DNA from: an uncultured beta proteobacterium
GTDB taxonomy: Bacteria; Pseudomonadota; Gammaproteobacteria; Burkholderiales; SG8-41
Reading direction: 5' to 3'
DNA length: 64,000 nucleotides
Assembly (NCBI GenBank): GCA_903885665.1
Contig: CAISJL010000064.1
Location: 81,268 to 145,267, forward strand
The position numbers and the translations under genes were made by a program. Positions within the stretch are counted from its first letter, which is position 1, and each line of letters begins with the position of its first letter. A model generated the notes under the pieces. It ran no database searches and had not been told where the DNA came from. It saw only the letters and a program-made list of their open reading frames with translations. Shown piece after piece: positions 9,676 to 17,546 of this stretch.

Positions 9676-11043
9676 ATGTCTATATTGCAATCTAGTAGTT
9701 CTTCGCATGCTGAAACCCAACAAGGTTCAGTCATTAATCACCCGCCCTTGCATGACCCCTTAAAATCTCAGGACAGCTTTGCAGCGCTACAGTTAAACCC
9801 CGCATTGGTTCAAGCATTAGAGGCTGCTGGTTATACCCAGCCTACGCCTGTGCAAAAACAAGCAATACCTTTGGCCTTGAGTGGTTTTGATTTGATGGTC
9901 TCAGCACCTACAGGTACTGGTAAGACTGCAGCTTTTGTGTTGCCGGCATTGCAACGTTTAGCTCTAGCCCCCGCTAAAAATGGTCGTGGCCCTCGCGTGC
10001 TCGTCCTGACCCCTACTCGAGAGTTGGCGATGCAGGTGACATCGGCGGTTGATAAGTATTGTAAGTTTACGCGTCATATGCGTACCGGCACTATTTTGGG
10101 TGGTATGCCTTACCCAAAGCAGCGTCGTTTGTTAGAACAGTCCTTGGACGTGTTGGTTGCGACGCCCGGACGTTTGATTGACTTTATTGATCAAGGCCGC
10201 GTTGATTTTTCGCGTCTTGAGTTGCTTATCTTGGATGAGGCCGATCGCATGCTCGACATGGGCTTTATTGAACCTGTAAAGCGGATTGCGGCAAAAACCC
10301 CAGCAAATCGCCAAACCATGTTGTTCTCTGCAACCTTGGATGGCAACATTTCAAAGTTGGCCCGTGAGTTGTTACGTGATCCACGTCGAATCGAAGTTGC
10401 TGCACCCGAAGAGAAGAACGAGCATATTTCTCAGTTATTACATTTTGTCGATGACGGTGGTCATAAACATCGTTTGCTCGAGCACGTGCTGAGCGAGGAT
10501 GGTCAAGCGCAAGTGATCGTATTTACTGCAACTAAGCATGGCGCTGACCGTCTGGCTGATAAATTATTCCACGGTGGTTATGAAGCAGCAGCTTTGCACG
10601 GCAATATGAATCAATCGCAACGTAATCGCACCTTAGCTCGTTTGCGTAGCGGCTCAGTTCGGGTGTTGGTGGCCACGGATGTGGCTGCTCGCGGTATCGA
10701 TGTAGCGAGCATCTCGCATGTCATTAACTTTGATTTGCCTAAGGTGGCGGAAGACTATGTGCACCGCATTGGTCGTACAGGCCGCGCCGGCGCAAGCGGC
10801 ACCGCAATCTCCTTTGTGACCTCAGAGGACGTTCGCCAGCTGAAGCAGATTGAACGGTATATCGGCCGCGCGATTGAACGTTGGTCAGTTCCAGGCTTCG
10901 AAGCTAAAGTGCAAGTTCGTACGGATGCGCCTAAGCGTACCGATCGTCGCCCACCTCCGGGTGCGCGTCGTGGTGCGCCGCCTGCACGTGGTAACTTTAG
11001 AGGTGATAGTCGTCGTAATGCCAGCGCCGGTCGTTCCCGCTAG
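9676..11043 (+). CDS. rhlE: ATP-dependent DEAD-box RNA helicase (RhlE-like) with an Arg/Gly-rich basic tail
   Basis: Q-motif, AxTGTGKT, DEAD (LILDEADRML), SAT and HRIGRTGRAG motifs. I prefer the ATG at 9676; the ORF-track start at 9649 is a TTG. Confidence 0.93.
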   Translation: MSILQSSSSSHAETQQGSVINHPPLHDPLKSQDSFAALQLNPALVQALEAAGYTQPTPVQKQAIPLALSGFDLMVSAPTGTGKTAAFVLPALQRLALAPAKNGRGPRVLVLTPTRELAMQVTSAVDKYCKFTRHMRTGTILGGMPYPKQRRLLEQSLDVLVATPGRLIDFIDQGRVDFSRLELLILDEADRMLDMGFIEPVKRIAAKTPANRQTMLFSATLDGNISKLARELLRDPRRIEVAAPEEKNEHISQLLHFVDDGGHKHRLLEHVLSEDGQAQVIVFTATKHGADRLADKLFHGGYEAAALHGNMNQSQRNRTLARLRSGSVRVLVATDVAARGIDVASISHVINFDLPKVAEDYVHRIGRTGRAGASGTAISFVTSEDVRQLKQIERYIGRAIERWSVPGFEAKVQVRTDAPKRTDRRPPPGARRGAPPARGNFRGDSRRNASAGRSR

Positions 11044-11074
11044 TCATCACTAGTTTTTGATGTCCCTCAAGGTG

Positions 11075-11092
11075 CCGGTTATTCATAACCGG
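11075..11092 (+). other. Perfect 7-bp hairpin (CCGGTTA-TTCA-TAACCGG) 31 nt after the helicase stop; possible weak terminator or RNA-stability element
   Basis: Read directly from the sequence. It is not followed by a clean T-run (AACCTGGTTTAGGTTTGG). Confidence 0.35.
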
Positions 11093-11235
11093 TAACCTGG
11101 TTTAGGTTTGGTGCGATTGCTGACCATTCTCGGTTACAATATGGATTGCCAAGATTCGGCGGCACTCATCTTATTTTGATTGCCGCTTAATCGACGATAA
11201 ATTAAATTATTAAAATCAAATACCTAGGAGTTTAC

Positions 11236-12231
11236 ATGGCTAATTTATGGAAGCAAACGTCTATTATGCGCACCTTTTTTGGAGTGTTGGTAGGGCTGGT
11301 TGCTTGTATAGCGGTTTATGCTCAAGACTATCCCACTCGCCCAGTTTCATTGATTGTGCCTTTTGCCGCTGGTGGTCCTACTGACACCTTAGCGCGTAAC
11401 CTTGCGCAACATATGTCGAAAACACTGAAGCAGCAGGTGATTGTAGAAAACCGTGCGGGGGCTGGCGGTACTCTAGCGGCCAATGTGGTTGCAAAATCTA
11501 AGCCAGATGGATACAGCGTGTTGATTGCTCATATTGGCATGGCTACAGCACCAGCTTTATATCGAAAGTTACCATTTAATCCATTGACTGATTTTGAATA
11601 TATTGGCCAAGTTGCTGATGTACCGATGACTTTGATCTCTCGCGCAGGACTGCCGGCAGCCAACTACAAAGAGTTGGTGACTTACATCAAGGCAAATCGA
11701 GAGAAGTTAAATTTGGGTAATGCCGGTTTGGGTGCGGCCTCTCATCTTTGCGGATTGCTTTTTATGTCGCGTATTGGCGTGGATATTCAGACTATTCCTT
11801 ATAACGGCACTGGTCCTGCTATGACCGCTTTAATGGGCGGACAAATTGATTTGATGTGTGATCAGACTACGAATACAGTTGCCCCGATACTTGCAGGTCG
11901 AGTGAACGTATTTGGAGTGACTAGCAAAACTCGTGTTGCCTCTATCCCCTATGTACCTACTTTGCATGAGCAGGGCTTGAAAGATTTTGAGGTAGCGGTA
12001 TGGCATGGTTTGTATTTGGCTAAAGGTACACCAAAGCCAATACTAGATAAAATTAACGCGGCCCTGGTTGCTGCGGTAACCGATGAACAGTTTAAGCAGT
12101 CTTTAATTAAGCTGGGCGGCGCTGCAGTGACTGTGGACCGTGCGACTCCAGACTCGCTCGCTAAACATTTGAAAGCGGAAATTGAAAAATGGGGGCCAAT
12201 TATTAAGAAGGCTGGTACTTACGCAGATTAA
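11236..12231 (+). CDS. Bug-family (TctC-like) substrate-binding protein
   Basis: 331 aa. Signal peptide followed by YPTRPVSLIVPFAAGGPTD. GGAG lies 6 nt upstream of the ATG. Confidence 0.9.
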   Translation: MANLWKQTSIMRTFFGVLVGLVACIAVYAQDYPTRPVSLIVPFAAGGPTDTLARNLAQHMSKTLKQQVIVENRAGAGGTLAANVVAKSKPDGYSVLIAHIGMATAPALYRKLPFNPLTDFEYIGQVADVPMTLISRAGLPAANYKELVTYIKANREKLNLGNAGLGAASHLCGLLFMSRIGVDIQTIPYNGTGPAMTALMGGQIDLMCDQTTNTVAPILAGRVNVFGVTSKTRVASIPYVPTLHEQGLKDFEVAVWHGLYLAKGTPKPILDKINAALVAAVTDEQFKQSLIKLGGAAVTVDRATPDSLAKHLKAEIEKWGPIIKKAGTYAD

Positions 12232-12250
12232 TAGTTAAATAATTTGTTTT

Positions 12251-12288
12251 TAAAAAACCCGCACACTTGAGAATGCGGGTTTTTTTTG
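12251..12288 (+). terminator. Rho-independent terminator, potentially bidirectional (A-run / stem / T8)
   Basis: AAAAAACCCGCA-cacttgagaa-TGCGGGTTTTTTTT: a 6-8 bp GC-rich stem (12258-12263 / 12274-12279) and a run of 8 T (12280-12287), 20 nt after the stop of the Bug gene. Confidence 0.85.
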
Positions 12289-12512
12289 AGAATAGTTTTA
12301 CGATATTAAGATGGGTCATTAAAATCGCTCAGATAATAAGGGGGGCATAATAAAGCTCAATAGCGAATTATTGGCCGATGCTCCGCGTTGAGCGTAATGT
12401 GGTTGCGATTAAGAAACGCTATGCCAACTCGTGGAATTTTGGGGTTCGTCTTGTGCATAGTGGTAAGTCAAAACGTATCTTGACTCACAAAATTGCCAAA
12501 GAAAAAGTTTAG

Positions 12513-12536
12513 CGGTCTGTGGTTGATCACAGACCG
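12513..12536. other. Perfect 9-bp stem hairpin (CGGTCTGTG-gttgat-CACAGACCG) in the gene-free spacer
   Basis: Read directly from the sequence. No T-run follows. Confidence 0.6.
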
Positions 12537-12818
12537 GAGACCTGTGTTGCGATTATCGTTTCGATTACGGCGATGGCTATCGCGGATGAACACGCATTGC
12601 TTGTTGCGCCCAATGGCGAGTTCGCAGTCACCCCCACGCTCTAGGCGAAATCGCCTGATGATTTTGACCGATAATTGATGCCGATCATTATGATTAGTGA
12701 TGTGCCGGTGTTGGTTGTTGTCAAAACTCAGTCATTATCTAATACGCTGAAAGATTTTTCACTAGACTAAAAGCGAAAACTAGGCAATGGACATTTGCAC
12801 TGCGTGGCACAGGATCGA

Positions 12819-12845
12819 TAAATCATTTAGCGGCTAAATGATTTA
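12819..12845. other. Perfect 11-bp AT-rich inverted repeat (TAAATCATTTA-gcggc-TAAATGATTTA)
   Basis: Read directly from the sequence. It could be a protein-binding palindrome or an RNA hairpin. Confidence 0.6.
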
Positions 12846-13027
12846 AGAGTCTTGCGGGTGTTAAAGTCTTGATATGTCCTAATAGGGGGCGCCCATTGTG
12901 TGCGTGTTGACGTAGCGCCTTATAAGGAGATTGCAAAGTGGTTTGGTATTGAACCGCAATAGCAGACTTGCTTGAGCTATAGCGATAGGACTTTAAGTGA
13001 TCGCTGTAAAGCTATAGCTACATACAG

Positions 13028-14017
13028 TTATTGAGGCTTAACGCCAGTGGCTTGTATCACCTTTGCCCAGCGGGTTGTTTCGTCTTTAATTAAGGTAAGA
13101 AATTGCGTGGGGGAGTTGGTTTCGGGTTCCGCCCCCTGTGACTTGAGGTGATCGCTAGCATTTGGGTGCTTCATGCCGTTAACAATTTCTGTGTGTAAAC
13201 GATTGATAATATCATTCGGCGTATGGGCGGGTGCCACAATCCCATACCATGAAGTAGCTTCATAACCGGTGACGCCTGACTCTGCAATTGTCGGCAACTC
13301 TGGTATTGCTGAAGACCGTTTGGCTGAGGATACCGCTATCCCTCTTAAGCGATTTGATCTGAACTGTGTAATGAGCGCTGGAATGCCAGTAATAGTTAAT
13401 TGGTTCTCTCCGGCAAGTAGGCCAGTCGTTAATGGCGCCGCACCTTTATAAGGTACTTCTAGAATTTTAGTTTTCGTCAAGACCTTAAAGTACTCTACGG
13501 CAAGAAACGGAGTGCCGCCACTACCGGTAGAGCCATAGGCTAATTCGTTAGGCCGTGATTTGGCTAGCGTCACTAAATCTTTGACACTGCGTACTGGTAG
13601 CGCAGGATGTACAACGAGCAAGCTTGGGACTAGGGTGACTAAGCTGATCGGTGAAAAGTCGCGCTGTGGGTCGTAAGGCATTTTTAGATATAGGGCAGGA
13701 TTAACTGCGAGCGTTCCAACATGTCCCATGAGTAGCGTGTAGCCATCCGGCTTTGCTTTAGCGACAATCTCAGCGCCAATGTTGCCAGCAGCCTCCGGTC
13801 GATTATCAATAATTATTTGTACACCTAAGACTTCATTGAGTCTGGAGCTAACAACACGGGCAATAATATCTGTTGTGCCACCAGGTGTGAATGGCACTAC
13901 GATACGTATAGCTCGTGACGGATAGGGTTGGGCAAGACTTTGAGAAGTGCAAAGCGCTTGTATAAACATTGTAATCAATGTGAGTGTGGCTATGCGGTAA
14001 TTTAGTTGTATAGGCAT
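13028..14017 (-). CDS. Bug-family (TctC-like) substrate-binding protein
   Basis: Signal peptide followed by YPSRAIRIVVPFTPGGTTD. I prefer the ATG at 14017; the ORF-track start at 14053 is a TTG inside the AT-rich repeats. Confidence 0.88.
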   Translation of the reverse strand: MPIQLNYRIATLTLITMFIQALCTSQSLAQPYPSRAIRIVVPFTPGGTTDIIARVVSSRLNEVLGVQIIIDNRPEAAGNIGAEIVAKAKPDGYTLLMGHVGTLAVNPALYLKMPYDPQRDFSPISLVTLVPSLLVVHPALPVRSVKDLVTLAKSRPNELAYGSTGSGGTPFLAVEYFKVLTKTKILEVPYKGAAPLTTGLLAGENQLTITGIPALITQFRSNRLRGIAVSSAKRSSAIPELPTIAESGVTGYEATSWYGIVAPAHTPNDIINRLHTEIVNGMKHPNASDHLKSQGAEPETNSPTQFLTLIKDETTRWAKVIQATGVKPQ

Positions 14018-14055
14018 TGGGTGTTGAGTTGAGAGTAGATAAATAAAAACCAATA

Positions 14056-14116
14056 AAAAGATTAATAAGTTAAAAGATTAATAAATAAAAAGATTAATAA
14101 ATAAAAAAATCAATAG
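14056..14116. repeat. AT-rich tandem repeat with a 16-bp period: three good copies of AAAAGATTAATAA(nnn) plus one degenerate copy
   Basis: The G of each unit falls at 14060, 14076 and 14092; the fourth copy is AAAAAAATCAATAGA. The repeat lies between the MmgE/PrpD stop (14153) and the Bug gene start. Confidence 0.75.
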
Positions 14117-14152
14117 ACAATTAAGGAACTGATGATCAAGTAAGTATTGTGG

Positions 14153-15559
14153 TTAATGTAGATCTTGTTTAAAGGCGTCGACAAGCTGGCGAGTGGTGCT
14201 GCTGTAGTCGAGCGCTGCAACTGTTTTTAAAATATGTTCAATAGCTTCTGGTGAATGTGTGCTGGATACGGTATCACGAAATAGCGCGCTAAGCTCTTGC
14301 CAAGTCATAGGGCGATGTGGACTACCTCTCGGGTGAGCTACCTTTGCAGTCAACTCACGTCCGTCATCGAGCTGTATGGTGACTCTGGAGGGCACTTCTT
14401 CTGTGTTAGTCATCGCTTCAATTTCAGCATCAAGCACACACTTCACTCTTGAAGATAGTGCGCAAATAATGGGTGAGCGTAAGGCGCTTTCGTAATCGTC
14501 ACGTCTTAGCCCTGCGCTAGCACCCCTAGTGTGTCCTATTGCTAGCGCAATCGCGAGACTAAACGGCACGCTCAATTGCGCGCTTTGTAAGTCAGGCGGG
14601 TCGTTTCGTGTGAGCATTCCTTGGATGACCTTGGGTATGCCGACTTCTACGCTCACAATACGCTCTGCTTGGAGTTGATAGGTGCTCGCCAATTCGAGTC
14701 CGGCATCATTTGAAGCTTGCAGACGGCCAGCGCCAGCGTGCGCTTTAGTGCTGACTTCCATGAGGCGATAAGCAAGGCCTAAGTCTCCTGTAATTTTTGT
14801 ATAGTCAGATTGGCTGGCAAATGCGGTAAAGAATCCGGCGGCTTCTCCTTCTAAGATGTCGCGGGGGCCCCAAATGCCAGATTGTGTAAGTAGAGCAGCA
14901 AGCACACCACATTCAGCAGCTTTGCCGCCGTTGATGCGTTTAATCACTGATCCTGAATGATAAAACTGTGCAAGTCCGCCGGCATATGTTGATGCAGCAC
15001 CCAAGGCGCCACAGAGTTCAGTGGGCGCAAATTTTAATAGCTTCCCCACTGCTAGCGCAGCTCCTAATGTGCCACATGTCGGTGTAGCCATGAATCCTCT
15101 TTGAAACATATAAGGCTGAACGGCGAGTCCTATGCGCAGAGAGGCCTCGTATCCGACAATGGCTGCCTCAAGTAGTTGACGTCCGCACAATTGATCGCGC
15201 TCGGCAATCGCAATCACTGCTGGTAGGATGGAGGCGCCCGGGTGGTGCATGGACCCGACATGAGTGTCATCCAGATCGCAAGCGTGGGCGAAAGCACCAT
15301 TCACAAAAGCAGCGCGCGCTGCATCGAGTTGATCATTGTGCAGTAGAACCGAGCTAGTAGGCGTGCCGCCAAGGGACAGCGCTACACGTCGAGCAGATTG
15401 ACTCCATGGTAATGTAGATCCAACGCTCACAACTCTGAGCAAGTCAAGGATTAATGTTTTCATGCGTTCGATTACTGGCAGAGGTGCATCTTCAAGCTTG
15501 AATTGATAAGCCCAATGAGCAAGGTAGGCGGTCGTGTTTTTTTGTGCAATGTCGTTCAA
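14153..15559 (-). CDS. MmgE/PrpD-family protein (2-methylcitrate dehydratase superfamily; substrate unknown)
   Basis: 468 aa with the family pattern across the whole length (AFVNGAFAHACDLDDTH, MHHPGASILPA, GFMATPTCGTLGAA). Confidence 0.88.
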   Translation of the reverse strand: MNDIAQKNTTAYLAHWAYQFKLEDAPLPVIERMKTLILDLLRVVSVGSTLPWSQSARRVALSLGGTPTSSVLLHNDQLDAARAAFVNGAFAHACDLDDTHVGSMHHPGASILPAVIAIAERDQLCGRQLLEAAIVGYEASLRIGLAVQPYMFQRGFMATPTCGTLGAALAVGKLLKFAPTELCGALGAASTYAGGLAQFYHSGSVIKRINGGKAAECGVLAALLTQSGIWGPRDILEGEAAGFFTAFASQSDYTKITGDLGLAYRLMEVSTKAHAGAGRLQASNDAGLELASTYQLQAERIVSVEVGIPKVIQGMLTRNDPPDLQSAQLSVPFSLAIALAIGHTRGASAGLRRDDYESALRSPIICALSSRVKCVLDAEIEAMTNTEEVPSRVTIQLDDGRELTAKVAHPRGSPHRPMTWQELSALFRDTVSSTHSPEAIEHILKTVAALDYSSTTRQLVDAFKQDLH

Positions 15560-15632
15560 AATAAGTCCCCAGTCGTATCTATGACAGATGCCAAATTAAA
15601 TAGCGTTGATGATGATAATTCAATTTTAATAA

Positions 15633-16508
15633 CTATTGGAGCCGAGGATTCAATAAGGCCGAGATGCGATCGCCAGTAATGTTAATGATGAAGATTGTAA
15701 TGAGCAGCACTACTCCAGGAAAAAGGCTGATCCAGTAGGTTCCTGACAGCATGTAAGTGTAACCGTTTGCAATAAGTAGCCCTAAAGATGGTGCGGTAAT
15801 CGGCAGGCCTAAACCTAAAAAAGAAAGTGTTGCCTCTAAGGCGATTGCTTGCGCAATCTGGGCGCTTGCAACAACTAGTAGGGTTGGGATGATGTTTGGT
15901 AGGATATGAATGAGCACGATTCTCATGGGGCTATATCCTGCACAAATTGCAGCAGTGATATAGTCTTTACGCATTTCAGTCAGCGCCGCACTACGTACAG
16001 TGCGTGCGTAATACGCCCACTGTACAATGACTAATGCGATGATGACTTTGTCGATACCTTGACCAACTAATGCGAGTAGGATGAGGGCTATTAAAATCGC
16101 AGGAAATGCTAATTGTAAGTCGACGAGACGCATGAGCATGCTGTCTATGTAGTTACCTGAGTATGCTGCAACGAGGCCGGCGAGTAGCCCTAAACTTAAT
16201 GACAATAGGGTGGTAATCAGTCCAACGCCTAAGCTTGTACGTAATCCATAGCACAGTGCGGAGAGCATATCTCTTCCTTGGTCATCAGTGCCTAACCAAT
16301 AGATCGCCCCGTCTGGACTGTGATGCAAGGGTGGTAACTTTGCATCGAGTAAGTTTAATTGCGCAAGATCATAGGGGTTTTGTGGCGTATATATTGGCGC
16401 GGCTAATGCCAGTGCAAGGAGTAACAGCAGCATGAGTCCAGATCGACGCGCCACTCGATCGCGATATAGTTTCAGTAAATAATGTTGCTCGTCATTGAAC
16501 ATATTCAA
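15633..16508 (-). CDS. ABC transporter permease, DppC/OppC-like (peptide/nickel/opine family)
   Basis: 291 aa, multi-pass membrane protein with the EAA-loop region (ITAAICAGYSPMRIVLIHILPN). It overlaps the upstream permease gene by 4 nt. Confidence 0.9.
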   Translation of the reverse strand: MNMFNDEQHYLLKLYRDRVARRSGLMLLLLLALALAAPIYTPQNPYDLAQLNLLDAKLPPLHHSPDGAIYWLGTDDQGRDMLSALCYGLRTSLGVGLITTLLSLSLGLLAGLVAAYSGNYIDSMLMRLVDLQLAFPAILIALILLALVGQGIDKVIIALVIVQWAYYARTVRSAALTEMRKDYITAAICAGYSPMRIVLIHILPNIIPTLLVVASAQIAQAIALEATLSFLGLGLPITAPSLGLLIANGYTYMLSGTYWISLFPGVVLLITIFIINITGDRISALLNPRLQ

Positions 16509-17500
16509 GCTAAACTCGATTGTAAGCTTGGCGCTTGTTTGCGAAGTCTAGGGTTAATCATAATTAATACAGTATCGACAATTAGATTTATAGCAATAAA
16601 GAGACTGACAATCATCATGAGGTAAGCAACAATTACAGGCCTGTCTAGCATGTTAATTGATTCGATTAAGAGTTTACCCATGCCCGGCCAAGAAAATACG
16701 CTCTCGGTAACGATTGCAAATGCAATTAGGCCGCCGAGTTCTAGCCCGATGATCGTTATGATTGGTGGTGCAATATTCGGTAATACATGTTTGAAGATTA
16801 TCGTGCGCTCTGTCAGACCCTTGGCGCGGGCATAGCGCACATAGTCTTCAAGCATTGCTAATGTTGTGCTCGATTGCGTTAGTCGCACGAGTAATGATAA
16901 TTTAAATAGCGCCAGATTGATTGCCGGTAATATTAAGTGCATCAGTCCGTCAATAGTGGTTATGCTCAATGGGATACCCAGTGTATTCGTGGTGGTACCT
17001 CGTCCGCTACTCGGTAACCATCCCAACCATACAGAAAACATCATAATTAACATGAGGCCGACCCAAAATGTTGGTAAGGAAAATCCGAGTATTGAACCAT
17101 TCATGATCAGTCGACTATACCAGCGGCTTGGGTGTAGACCGGCAATCAAGCCTAGCGGCAAGCCGATAATGATCGCGATGCACATGGCGCATAGCGCAAG
17201 TTCTACCGTAGCCGGCAGTCGCTCGATAATTAGTGACCAAGCTGAAGTGTTGCTGACAAAAGATGTGCCCCAATTACCATGAAGTGCTGCGCTGAGAAAC
17301 CGTTGGTATTGTACCCACAAGGACTGATCAATTCCGAGCTGGGTGATCATTTGTGCGCGTTCAATCTGATTGGCCTGAGGGTTGATCAGTAGGTCTACTG
17401 GGTTGCCTAAGGCGTACACGCCAAGGAACACTGCTATAGACATCGCGAACAGTGTGATGATGCTATGGCTAATACGTATTAGGATCGGAGAGCGCAGCAT
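16505..17500 (-). CDS. ABC transporter permease, DppB/OppB-like
   Basis: 331 aa with an EAA-loop (YVRYARAKGLTERTIIFKHVLPN) and 6 predicted hydrophobic spans. Confidence 0.9.
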   Translation of the reverse strand: MLRSPILIRISHSIITLFAMSIAVFLGVYALGNPVDLLINPQANQIERAQMITQLGIDQSLWVQYQRFLSAALHGNWGTSFVSNTSAWSLIIERLPATVELALCAMCIAIIIGLPLGLIAGLHPSRWYSRLIMNGSILGFSLPTFWVGLMLIMMFSVWLGWLPSSGRGTTTNTLGIPLSITTIDGLMHLILPAINLALFKLSLLVRLTQSSTTLAMLEDYVRYARAKGLTERTIIFKHVLPNIAPPIITIIGLELGGLIAFAIVTESVFSWPGMGKLLIESINMLDRPVIVAYLMMIVSLFIAINLIVDTVLIMINPRLRKQAPSLQSSLA

Positions 17501-17546
17501 TGTTGTTTGATCAATAGAGGACTTACGTTTTTGGCTATCGATAGAG

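Noticed and set aside
12493-12678. 61-aa ORF in the gene-free spacer. Also a 44-aa basic ORF (MLRVERNVVAIKKRYANSWNFG..) at about 12378-12512.
   Set aside because: The first has a TTG start and the second lacks a Shine-Dalgarno sequence. Neither shows a recognisable domain. I could not support a transposase or integrase remnant from the sequence alone, so the region is reported only as an unexplained spacer.
12803-12820. TGGCAC, a sigma-54 -24-like element (TGGCACaggatCGAT).
   Set aside because: The -12 element TTGC is absent at the required spacing, and there is no downstream gene in that orientation.
14056-14116. The AT-rich repeats here and the A-tract block at 40918-40995, considered as a possible CRISPR array.
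   Set aside because: The units are 9-16 bp with no unique spacers, no cas genes are nearby, and the sequence is low-complexity AT.
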